A stretch of 63,221 bases of DNA, filler included, from Octopus bimaculoides (taxonomy: Eukaryota), in the NCBI RefSeq assembly GCF_001194135.2. It is 5 parts of 4 records of this genome, joined end to end, with 100 filler letters (N's around TTAATTAATTAA, not from the genome) between each part and the next. Parts side by side here need not be neighbours in the genome. Positions count along the whole stretch, not along the records: positions 41,009 to 61,225 come from NC_068987.1; positions 61,326 to 63,221 come from NW_026385809.1; 3 more parts are not named here. One strand, 5' to 3'. Position 1 is the first letter of the stretch. Every line of letters starts with the position of its first letter. Positions 50,499 through 62,064 of this stretch are shown piece after piece. A program made the position numbers and the translations under genes. The notes beneath the pieces are model-generated. The model saw nothing but the letters and a program-made list of their open reading frames with translations. It was not told where the DNA came from and did no database searches.

Positions 50499-50770
50499 GA
50501 CATCCTGAGTCCAAATTATGGCTTGCTGCTTACTCGGCTTGGCAAGGGGTCGATCTTTGCTATGGTAAATGGAAACGAGGTGTGTGCATATTTTCAACAA
50601 AAGATCTCCCGAATATTTTCAAGAAGAACCACTTATTTGCTAATAAATTTTACCTCCATAGTAACCCAACAGCTATTGAATGTTTGGAAGAAATACTGCA
50701 TAAACGAACAATAACGCAAGCCGCATTCAATGATACTTTTTACAGACACTTGAAGTTTATTAACTCTTAA
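50499..50770 (+). CDS. GCNT: GCNT-like gene, last exon
   Basis: Phase-1 acceptor ctctttcag; CYGKWKRGVCIFSTKDL...HLFANKF...AIECLEE..*; three exons total 1311 nt = 436 aa + stop; AATAAA at about 51063. Confidence 0.92.
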
Positions 50771-51289
50771 AACTACACCTCAGAAAATATCGACATGGCT
50801 TTAGTTGACGGACTGAAGAAAAGTTGAAAAAGTGAACGGTTCGAAAATCTGTTAACAGCCGCTGCGCCTTGTTTATTAATTACCATTATATTTTCCTCGT
50901 TTTCGTCCAGTTTTGATGTAAATATTGAAATAATAATGTTATAAGGGATCTTTTCTGTTTGGCTGCCACGGTCAATTTCTGTTCAAATTGATTTCATATT
51001 CAGTGTGATGATACACTTTTATAGGCTAATCAATACCATGAAAATCATTTTCGCTGTAAATCAATAAATAAAAGGTTATTAGTTATTAAAGTTTGAAAAT
51101 TTTGGGTAGTTTTGCCAATTGTAAGCTACAGACACATCCATACTTGTTTCCATAATAAGAAGCCGAACATGAGAACTTTTTTGTCTGCGAAAAAGCACAT
51201 GCTGACAAATATATTGAAACCGCTTGTTGACGCTGTGTTCTATTGTTTCACCCACCTGGAAATTTAACCAATCTGCTTGATTTGGGTGT

Positions 51290-51915
51290 TATATCCAAAA
51301 GAAAATTATGCAAAAGAAAGACGTATGTTATGAGTACAAGAATCCGACGACTGGCACCCACGCCAACCTCTCCTTCATTGGACACTAAACTCTACTTGCG
51401 AAGACCTGTTGGGGCAAGTGAAATCGAAATCGTAATTGAACCATATTCGATGACTGGCACCTGTGCCAGTGGAGCACTAACAGCACTGTCTGAGTGTGTT
51501 CATTGCCAGAGCAGCTGTCTGGCTTCTGTGCTAGTGGCCCGTAAATAGCACCATTTGAGCGTAATCATTACCAGTGTTGCCTTCTAGCACTTGTGCTGGT
51601 GGCACGTTAGAAAATCATTCGAGCGAGGTTGTTGCCAGTGCCGCTGGACTGGCTCCCATGCAGGTGGCACGTAAAAAACACCTTTTTGAGCTTGGCCATT
51701 TCCAATACTGTGTGACTGGCCCTCGTGCCAGTGGCACGTAAAAGCACCCACTATACTCTAGGAGTGGTTGGCGTTAGGAAGGGCATCCAGCTGTAGAAAC
51801 TCTGCCAGATCAGATTGGAGCTTGGTGCAGCCTTCTGGCTTGCCAGTCCTCAGTCAAATCGTCCAACTCATGCTAGCATGGAAAGCGGACGTTAAATGAT
51901 GATGATGATGATGAT
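51290..51915 (+). mobile_element. RTE-type LINE 3' end/UTR ending in (gat)n
   Basis: Internal gtgccagt repeats, ggttggcgttaggaagggcatccagctgtagaaac motif, ggacgttaaa(tga)n tail; fragments also at 3530-3660, 3830-4056, 7320-7460, 52388-52575, 56730-57000. Confidence 0.6.
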
Positions 51916-52342
51916 ATTGCAAGATATTTCGTGGATGGAGATTTTATATTTTCATTAAAGCATTGCTACATATGTTTCAGCATTACGTGTATTTTTATGG
52001 GACCACCTCACTACATCAATAGGATATCATTAAATATTATTTATAATATCCATAGACCCTATGATAGCCCATTAATTCGACATGCATACATCCTCAGACA
52101 CTTTTTGCATTAGTTTAGAAAACATACATAGCAATGCATTAATAAAAATATAAAATTCCCATCCATGAAGTATTTCTCGTTATGAATATATTTATCCTGC
52201 ACTACACGGAGCACCACATACATAACAATCCCATACAGTTAACTTGGCATGTTGGGAATAATATACAGTAGCTATCAACAAGTAGCATAAGAGCTTTTAT
52301 GAGCACACTGATAGACATCTGCCATATACAAAATACAAAGAT

Positions 52343-52377
<35 letters not shown>

Positions 52378-53754
52378 NNNNNNNNNNACCTGATTTGGCA
52401 GAGTTTCTACAGCTGGATGCCCTTCCTAACGCCAACCACTCAGAGAGTGTAGTGGGTGCTTTTACGTGTCACCCACACGAAGGCCAGTCAGGCGGTACTG
52501 GCAACGGCCACGCTCAAAATGGTGTATTTTATGTGCCACCCGCACAAGAGCCAGTCCAGGGGCACTGGCAACGATATATATATATATAGTTCCCAGATGA
52601 GATCCAGGTATTCTCCGTATTGAAGACATTTAGTAGTGCTCAAAAGATTCAGACTGATGTTTTTACACATTTCATCATTTCAGTTTTGAACTTCTCTAGA
52701 GCTTTCCACATTTAATCATTCAATCTTTGAACTTCTCAGCATTAAGATCTGAAATGTAAGATGTTCTCGATCCTGATGATGGAGGCTTGTCTTATCCTAT
52801 GTTAAATGCAACCATACGGCTGCATGAACTAAATCTACCAACATTATTATGGATTCCCAAACCCCAGAAACTGTTGGACTTTTAATACCTTTCTTCCATC
52901 TCTTTAATTTTCTCTGTTATTTGTGCTCTGTGTAAGTTGGATTTGTTAATATAAATATCTATATAATTATACATAAAAATTCATCATTTGAAAATTTCCA
53001 CCTTTTGCTTTCTCTTGTTTTGAATGTATACATATATACATATTTTATATTTGACATATTTAATATATTTAATATATTTGATATGTCTAATTTGTTTATC
53101 CGCATAATTGCTTATATATATATATATATATATACATACACACACATAAACAATTTTGCCGTGCCCTTTAAGAATGAGGGAATAAAAAGAAATTTCAAAT
53201 GTTATATTTTCTTGAGTATCTTCACAATGTTCTTTCACTTTAATGCAATCTCGTTTGTGAACTCCTGGAAACAGAACCTTTATGTTATTTGCTTAAAAAG
53301 ATAAGATATAATTTATAAGCCGACAAATTTTTTTCATTTCATGCAATCTCTACTGATTCTTAAAATCTCTTAAAATTGTTAATAAACTGAAGCAAGAATT
53401 TCATATTTTTCTTGTTCCCGACTCCTTTTTATATTTATTGCAACCAGAACATTAAATAATTTCAAAAATTCATTGTGTTCAGTCTTCTTCTTCATCAGCC
53501 TCATTTATCAACTAATCAGTGTAGTGCTTAAAGTGTTGCAATAACACTTTGGACTTTTGGTTGCAAGAACGGGGTACCATTTGATGACATAAACATCAAA
53601 CTAACATTTAAATAGTTATGTAAAATCTGCACATGACAAGGTGTATAATTATGATCAGCAGCTCATGGAATGGGATATTTTACACTGAACAGTATCTTTA
53701 TAACTTCAGGCACATGGTACAACTAAAAGAAATTGTCAGTAAAATGCTAACAAA

Positions 53755-53830
53755 AGCCCTAGCCCTAGCCCTAACCCTAACCCTAACTCTAACCCTATGT
53801 TTATCCCTATTCCTATCCTTATCCCAACCA
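53755..53830. repeat. Degenerate interstitial (CCCTAA)n telomere-like repeat
   Basis: gccctagccctagccctaaccctaaccctaactctaaccctat. Confidence 0.7.
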
Positions 53831-54359
53831 TTTTTAATTACTTTCTATATGACTGTAAGTGCAGTAGCTTTCGCGTGGCTTTGCAGAGTGCTTTGGTTTT
53901 CCACACAATGTAGAAGAACATAGTCACCAGCTATTGTTAACATTAAGTGTTTCGGCATAGTTGCCTTTTCTTAACATTAAACATCATCTTACAGAAGAGA
54001 CATGTTTAATTGTTGTGCTCACTAAGTTATCCATGTTAAATTATTTTCCATGTGAAAAAACAAGGCTGACCACTTATTCACTATATACCCTAGTAGACTG
54101 CATAGACTCTTCCTTTAAATTCAGTCAAATACTTGTCTTTAGCCATCAAAAGAAAAGCACAAGTGCAGTTGATTGAGCCAAAAATAAGAAAATTAATTTA
54201 AATGCTTAATTGGTTATTTCCACTTGATATTGTTCATTAATGATACCTTTGCCTTCCATTCTCTCGGGGTTGATAAAATATGTACCAGTTGAGAACTGGG
54301 GGTCAGTGTAATCGACTTACCTCCTCCCTGACATTGCTGGATTTTTGCCAACATCTGAA

Positions 54360-54613
54360 ATTATTATTAGTATTTTGGATTTCCTCAGGTTTGGTCTTAT
54401 TCCTGATAGAAATTATGCTGATAGTGAGATACTACCTGTAACCTTAGGTATCCACAAGTTTTCAGTTGTCTTTCAAGTGCTTAGAACCCTCCTGATAATC
54501 TTTGCTGTCCCTAAGAGACAAACTTTCTGTAGGAACTCTACTGGCATCCTGTTCCAAATCTCCTTAAGCCATTTCCCTATTTCTTGGCTTACTGTTCCCA
54601 ATGCACCAATTAT
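54360..54613 (-). mobile_element. 3' end of an RLE-type (R4/Dong-like) non-LTR retrotransposon
   Basis: Minus frame 54613-54473 IIGALGTVSQEIGKWLKEIWNRMPVEFLQKVCLLGTAKIIRRVLST*, then short UTR and (aat)n tail. Confidence 0.6.
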
Positions 54614-55883
54614 TCTTTTCTACTCTAGGCACAAGGCCTGAAATTTTTGTTGGGAGGGGGCCAGTTGATTAGATCAACCCCAGTATGCAACTGGTACTTA
54701 TTTTATCAAGCCCGAAAGGATGAAAGGCAAAGTCAACCTTGACAGAATTTGAACTCAGAACATAAAGACAGACAAAATTCGCTAAACATTTCGTCTGGCA
54801 TGGTAACGTTTCTTATTTCTTTATTGCCCACAAGGGGATAAATATAGAGGGGACAAACAAGGACAGACAAAGGGATTAAGTTGATTACATCGACCCCAGT
54901 GCGTAACTAATACTTAATTTATCAACCCTGAAAGGAGGAAAGGCAAAGTCGTCCTCGGCAGAATTTGAACTCAGATCGTAAAGACGGACGAAATACCACA
55001 AAGCTTTTTGCCCGGCGTGCTAACGTTTCTGCCAGCTCGCTGCCTTCTCAACACACCAATTATCATAGGCACAACCTTTACTATTTGTATGCTCCAAATT
55101 CTGCCTATTTCGAATTTTATTATGGTTATTATTATTATCATTATTATTACTATCATTATTATTACTATCATTATTAAGGCAGAATCCTTAGCACACTGGG
55201 CAAATTGTTCAGTGGCATCTCATCCATCTTTACATTTTGAGTTCAAATCCCACCAAGGTCGACTTTGCCTTTCATCCTTTCAGGGTCGATAAAATAAGTA
55301 GCAGTTGAACTGTAGGGGTCTATGTGACCCTACACACAAATTTGCTGGCCTGTATCAAAATTTGAAACCATTATTATCATTATTATTATTATCATCATCA
55401 TTATTAAAGTGGCGAGCTGGCAGAATTGTTAGCACACCTGGCTAAATGCTTAGCGGCATTTCATCTGTCTTTATGTTCTGAGTTCAAATTCCACCATGAC
55501 TGACATTGCCTTTGATCCTTTCAGGGTTGCTGAATTAAGTACCAGTGAAACACTAGGGTTGATATAAATGATTAGTCCCCTCTCCAAAAATTTCAGGCTT
55601 TGTGCTTTTAGTAGAAAGGACTATTATTATCATCATTATTTCTATTTATTATCATTAAAACAAGTTTTTCATACATATGTTTCGTTGTTATATTTATTGT
55701 TGCTGAAAATATATATATATGAGAACATGTGTCTGTATATGTAAGCATATAACTCCTTCAAATTGTACTATGCATACACAAATATATACTTGTGAGATGT
55801 GAAATATGTCCTTATGTGTGTATACATGTGAAATATGATAGCTCATATACATACATGCTTGCATGTGTGTTTGATAAATATCG

Positions 55884-55914
<31 letters not shown>

Positions 55915-55918
55915 AACA

Positions 55919-55955
<37 letters not shown>

Positions 55956-56110
55956 CATACATACACACATATATATTTATATGAGAGTATATATGAGGTG
56001 TGCGTGTGTGTGTGTGTGTGTGTGTATGTGTGTGTGTACACATGTGAGATGTAAAACAATACGCCATTTTGTAAGCAACTCTCTACCTCTTGGGAGATCA
56101 GTCAGTTAAA

Positions 56111-56317
56111 TCAGTCATCTAGCTGACATACAATTGCTACCCCACAGTTAATCCAGTGTTTTTCTGGTTTATCAGAAGGAAGCTGCAGAAACATTACGAA
56201 ATTGGTGGAGTGCCCAGTAGTGGACAAGACTCCACGCCGGGCAGTTGTCTTGTACACTGGACATGAGTAACTTGGCACTGGTATGAACTTCTCTATATCA
56301 TTGGGTTTTAGCCAGAT
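56111..56317 (-). CDS. DNAH3: Axonemal dynein heavy chain, terminal coding exon
   Basis: IWLKP...[52 protein letters not shown] is the hallmark C-terminus of single-headed inner-arm dyneins; closest to DNAH3 from memory, with DNAH7/12/1 not excluded; acceptor could also be at 56325. Confidence 0.92.
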   Translation of the reverse strand: MWLKPNDIEKFIPVPSYSCPVYKTTARRGVLSTTGHSTNFVMFLQLPSDKPEKHWINCGVAIVCQLDD

Positions 56318-57876
56318 CTTTGGTACTGTGTTAAGGAATATGATACACCATTACACATATATACATACAAATATATACACACGTACATATATTTACATAC
56401 ACGTGTGTGTGTGTATATATATATATATAAAGAATATATGAGAGAAAGAAAGTGGAATTCCTGAGATTATTATTCAATCCAATTGTTTCAACCTGTCGTG
56501 CACCATCGCCTTGTGGCTCAGATGCAATACAAACAGTTGTTGTGCATCGAAGATACTGATGTGTCTCATCAAGTGACTTATCAAAAGGTACCTCATGTTT
56601 TAATCTCTGTTTTGCTTATTTCTATTAGAAAACATTTTGATAGTTGTAGTGTGTTACTCTACATGAAGAACTAGTTAATGATGTAGAATTCATCTCATAT
56701 TTGTATACATACATCATCATCATCATCATCATTGTTTAATGTTCAGCTCCAATATATGAGAGAAAGAAAATGGAATTCACAAGATCATTATTCAATGCGA
56801 TCGTTTCGACCTACCATGCTCCAGTGTCTGCTTTGGCATGGTTTCAACAGCTGGATGCCCTTCTTAACCCCAACCAACTTATAGAGTGTACTGGGTGCTT
56901 TTTTTGTAGTACCACACATGATCTCTCTGGCTCATCTGTTCATGTTAAACTATCCCACCCATGCCAACATGGAAAGAAGGATGTTAAATGATGAGGATGA
57001 TAATGATGGTGGCAATGAATTCTTCTAGCAATCAATAAACTAAACAACAGCAGTCATACACTAAAGTTTCATTCAGCCAACTTTACTCTTACTCTACAAG
57101 TGTATAGATTTGTATATTACAATATGATATTACAGCATGACATATCACAGTATATTATATTTACAGTATGATATGATATTAGCATAAGGCCAGTAATTTC
57201 GGACGTGGCAGTAAGTTGATTATACCAAATCCCAGACCTCAACTAGTACTTATTTTATCAAGCCCAAAAGGATGAAAGGCAAAGTTGGCTTCAGCAGCAT
57301 TTGAACTTACAACATAAAGACAGATGAAATTCTATTAAGCATTTACCTGGCGTGCTAACAATTCTGCCAACTCACTGCTCTACAGTAGGATATGAAATTA
57401 GAGCATGATATAATATTATAGTATGTGACAGTATGATACAATTATGTATCAATTATGTATTATAAAATAATACAGCAGTCAAGTACTAGAGTCAATGTAA
57501 CTGACTAACAATCTCCCCTCAAAACTAATGGCCTTTTGCCTAAATTAAATAAATATATATATATATATATAGATATATATATATTATGGAATTGCTTGTT
57601 GTTAGAGGATGTATGAAAGTTTGACAATTTCTTACCGAACAACCACACAGATGATTTGTTTGTGGTGATTAAATGTTTGTGTAGACATAAGCTCACTCCC
57701 TCCACCAGACTGACATTACCATGTCAGATGTCGAAATGATCGCAGAGCAATGAAATGAAATGCTTTGCTCAAGAACACAACATAATGCCCAGTCTGGGGA
57801 TCAAACGTATGATTTTGCAATCATGAGTGCAATACCTTAACCACTAAGCCATGTGCCTTCACACACACACACACAT

Positions 57877-57923
<47 letters not shown>

Positions 57924-58258
57924 GATGGATGCAGGCATGGCTATGTGGTTAAGGAATTTGTTTCACAAGTATATATTTTCAGGTTCAATCACGCTCCACA
58001 ACACCATGGGCAATTGTCTTTTAAAGCCTTTAGATTGAGATTTGATATTTGGAAAATTTGTGGAAGTTCATTGAAGGAACCATTGTTGTTCCCATATTGT
58101 NNNNNNNNNNAAATGAGGTCATGAACCCTATTTTTAATCCTTTGATTAAGGCACTTTGTATAATTTATTTCTGTTACAACAGAATGCTACTGAATACTCA
58201 GACTTGATGTCTTAAAAACAAAGTAAAATCAAGAGTTGTATCAATCCAAGAGAGAATA

Positions 58259-58590
58259 GGTGGAGGTGCAATGGCCTAGTGGTTAGGGCAGCGGACTCGC
58301 AGTCAGAGGATCGCAGTTTTGATTCCCAGACTGAGCGTTGTGTGTGTTTATTGAGTGGAAACACCTAAGACTCCACCTGGCTCCGGCAGGGGGTGGTGGT
58401 GACCCCTGTTGTACTCTTTTGCCCCAACTTTCTCTCACTCTTTCTTCCTGTTTCTTGGGTAATGCTGCGATGGACTGACATCCCATCCAGCTGGAGGGGG
58501 CGGGGAGCACATACACCATAGAAACCGGGAAACCAGGCCCACAAACCTGGCTAGGCTTTGAAAGGGCGCATAAATAAAAATAAAAAAGAG
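58259..58590 (+). mobile_element. SINE with family-B head and a different 3' tail
   Basis: 5' part matches family B; after tcttcctgtttct it diverges to gctgcgatggactgacatcccatccag...ataaataaaaataaaa. Confidence 0.7.
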
Positions 58591-58734
58591 AGAATAAACA
58601 ATGCTAAGGATGATTTTTCAGACTAGAACAAAAATGATAAATTTCATGAATGAGAAATGCCAGCAGAGGAGTGTGAGAGAGGTAATGTGTTTGACTTGTT
58701 GTGACAATATTATTGCAAACACCATAAAGGATAC

Positions 58735-58824
58735 AACTGGTAGCGGATCAAACAAAATCTTGGGTAAAGATTCTGCAATGAATGAAGTGCTCCGGTTCCA
58801 ACATGCTCCTTCTAAAAACAAACC
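58735..58824 (-). CDS. DNAH3: Axonemal dynein heavy chain, penultimate exon (GLFLEGACWNRSTSFIAESLPKILFDPLPV)
   Basis: ttttcttcctag acceptor, 90 nt, phase 0-0, conserved GLFLEGAxW and ESxPKILxD motifs; joins to IWLKP. Confidence 0.9.
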
Positions 58825-60660
58825 CTAGGAAGAAAATTATATAGATAGAGTTATATGTAACATTTTACACACACACACAAACACACACATTATATACATA
58901 TTTTTTTTTTTACTTGTTTCAGTCATTTGACTGTGGCCATGCTGGAGNNNNNNNNNNNNNNNNNNNNNNNNNNNNNNNNNNNNNNNNNNNNNNNNNNNNN
59001 NNNNNNNNNNNNNNNNNNNNNNNNNNNNNNNNNNNNNNNNNNNNNNNTGCTATATCCCCTTCTATTTCGTCATATGCTTCAAGTAACTTGTCTCTAAGTC
59101 TCTAAGTCTCTGTCCACGTCATATGCTTCAAGTAACTTGTCTCTACAATGGCCTTATTTCAGTTTCCATCAAACAAATTCACTCACAAAGCTTTGGTCAG
59201 CTTGGGGCTATAGTAGGAGACACTTGCCCAAGGTGTCACGTGGTGGGACAGAATCTAAAACCATGTGGTTGGAAAGCAAGCTTCTTACCACCTAACCATG
59301 CACCAAAAACCCAAAGAAAGTATATGTATACTATACATGAGCTATTTTCCCAGGATTTGATAGCCATAAGTAGAGATACACATTATACAGACATGTATTA
59401 TACATGAGTAACTATGATAGCTTCAGTTTACATTTACCATTTTATCAATTAGCATCTATCATTGCACACCAAGAACAAATTACAGATATTTAAATGCCAT
59501 GATAATTCCTGGATTAAATACAGCTTACCAACCCCAAATTACAATTCGATTTCAAAATATTCTTTGTTACCAACTGTAAAGTAGAACTAAAACCCAATTT
59601 AAAAAGTTTTTTACAATTTTTATTTTAATATAATNNNNNNNNNNNNNNNNNNNNNNNNNNNNNNNNNNNNNNNNNNNNNNNNNNNNNNNNNNNNNNNNNN
59701 NNNNNNNNNNNNNNNNNNNNNNNNNNNNNNNNNNNNNNNNNNNNNNNNNNNNNNNNNNNNNNNNNNNNNNNNNNNNNNNNNNNNNNNNNNNNNNNNNNNN
59801 NNNNNNNNNNNNNNNNNNNNNNNNNNNNNNNNNNNNNNNNNNNNNNNNNNNNNNNNNNNNNNNNNNNNNNNNNNNNNNNNNNNNNNNNNNNNNNNNNNNN
59901 NNNNNNNNNNNNNNNNNNNNNNNNNNNNNNNNNNNNNNNNNNNNNNNNNNNNNNNNNNNNNNNNNNNNNNNNNNNNNNNNNNNNNNNNNNNNNNNNNNNN
60001 NNNNNNNNNNNNNNNNNNNNNNNNNNNNNNNNNNNNNNNNNNNNNNNNNNNNNNNNNNNNNNNNNNNNNNNNNNNNNNNNNNNNNNNNNNNNNNNNNNNN
60101 NNNNNNNNNNNNNNNNNNNNNNNNNNNNNNNNNNNNNNNNNNNNNNNNNNNNNNNNNNNNNNNNNNNNNNNNNNNNNNNNNNNNNNNNNNNNNNNNNNNN
60201 NNNNNNNNNNNNNNNNNNNNNNNNNNNNNNNNNNNNNNNNNNNNNNNNNNNGGTATGACAATCCTGTCTTATTTATAAACATATCAAATTCAGGACTACA
60301 TTATCCAGAATCTCCTTGCTATATTGAAATATAAAGTGTGATATAAAGGAGATTTGGTTGCTATTTCTAGCTCATTGACCAACTACATAGAATGGCTTCT
60401 TTGTAAAAATGATTATCACTGTTATCATCATTTAATGTCTGCTTTTTCATGCTTGTATGGGTCAAACAGAATTTTGTTGAGGAAGATTTTCTATGGTCAG
60501 ACGTTACCTGTCACCAATCCTCATTTGTATCTAGGCAAGATAACATTTTCCATAGAAGACTGAAATGAACAACATCACTTTTGTGATGATGCAGTTTGTT
60601 GACAACCATGAAACAATGACAAGACAAGTATTCACACAAACACACACACACATATACATA

Positions 60661-60890
60661 TACGAGGGGATGCTGAAAAGTTCCTGGCATTAAGGGTTTT
60701 GTGAAAGGCCTGGTTGGAAACCCAACCTTTTGAGTTCTTTTACAAGGCTTAGAAAAACCGAAGGACTGCTGCAATAGTGTGTGTACAAAAGTGTGTGAAT
60801 CTCAAAGGGGAATATGTTCAATAGAATCATAATTAACTGATCCGCCTGTATTTTCTTCTATCCAAATCCATGAACTTTTCAGCATCCCCT
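60661..60890 (+). mobile_element. Tc1/mariner-type MITE
   Basis: TIRs aggggatgctgaaaagttc / gaacttttcagcatcccct, with TA at the left flank. Confidence 0.8.
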
Positions 60891-61225
60891 GACTTCTCCC
60901 CAACTTCTCTCACAAGGTTTTGATTGGCCTGAAGATATAGAAAACACTTGCCCAAGGTATTACTTACTGAGATTGAACCCAAGACCACATAGTCAGGAAG
61001 CAAGCTTCTTAACCATACATACAGCCATGCCTGCACCTATAAATCTAGTGAATAACTATCCGAAAATTAACTAAATGTTACATTAAAAATTTTCATTTTT
61101 TTTTTTTTTTTAGATCAATTAGATATTAAGTAATTGAACAATGAAACTGCAAGGACAGGGTATTAAGTAACTGTGCCATAAAGCAATATCTTGTCTTTGT
61201 TATTCATGTTTGAGTACAAGTGAAA

Positions 61226-61325
61226 NNNNNNNNNNNNNNNNNNNNNNNNNNNNNNNNNNNNNNNNNNNNTTAATTAATTAANNNNNNNNNNNNNNNNNNN
61301 NNNNNNNNNNNNNNNNNNNNNNNNN
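61226..61325. other. Artificial scaffold-joining spacer
   Basis: 44N-TTAATTAATTAA(61270-61281)-44N. Confidence 0.95.
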
Positions 61326-61739
61326 CCTATCGTAATGTTTCGGTGTGTCTAAAACGATCGCTAAAACTTCTATTTTCTTTTGTTCGTTTTCGTTGAATAC
61401 TTCCATTTTGTTTTTTCTTTTCACTTTTTTTTCACGCAGACGACACCGGTTCGCCATCTTGGGGCAGTCGTGCGCACCACTTAGTTGAGTAGGAGTCGAA
61501 TGAGAGCGGCTCTTCGTCAATGTTTGGGTATTAGATCTTAACGAATGGTCTGCTGGTGCCTGTTGCAGCGAAGAACGAATTGACATAGTGTTGCGATGGT
61601 TGTTTTGTAGAGGTCAGATGGTAGGAAGGAAGAAGCGAGAGCGCGCGAGAGAGAAAGAGATAGAGGTAGAGACACACAGAGAAAGAAGCAAAGGAAGAAA
61701 GGAAGAAAGAGATAGAGTTGTGGGGATTGATAGAGATAT

Positions 61740-62064
61740 TGATAGATGAAGAGGAATAGATAGATAGATAGATAGATAGCTAGAGAAAGAGATAGAGTGA
61801 AGGATAGAATAGGAATATTGAACAAAGGGGGATAGATATTTAGACTGAGATATGGACAAATAGATAAGTAGATAGATAGATTGTTTGATAGATAGAAAAA
61901 TAGAGAGCTCGCTAGCTAGCTAGCTAGACAGACAGACTGATAGATAGACAGTTAGATAGATAGACAGACAGATAGATAAATAGATAGATAGATAGATATA
62001 GATAGATAAATATAGATAGATAAAGAGATAAATAGATAGATAGATAAATAGATAGATAGATAAA
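61740..62064. repeat. (GATA)n-rich microsatellite tract, one of many (CA)n, (TA)n, (GATA)n, (TAG)n and (GAT)n tracts in the window
   Basis: Directly visible; others at 1-160, 23320-23390, 27550-27650, 31540-31900, 38830-39005, 44050-44450, 55690-56050. Confidence 0.95.

Noticed and set aside
59528-59572. 45-nt minus-strand AG...GTAAGC candidate as an upstream dynein exon
   Set aside because: The open frame (LVTKNILKSNCNLGL) does not resemble the expected dynein sequence; true upstream exons are probably in gaps or beyond the scaffold
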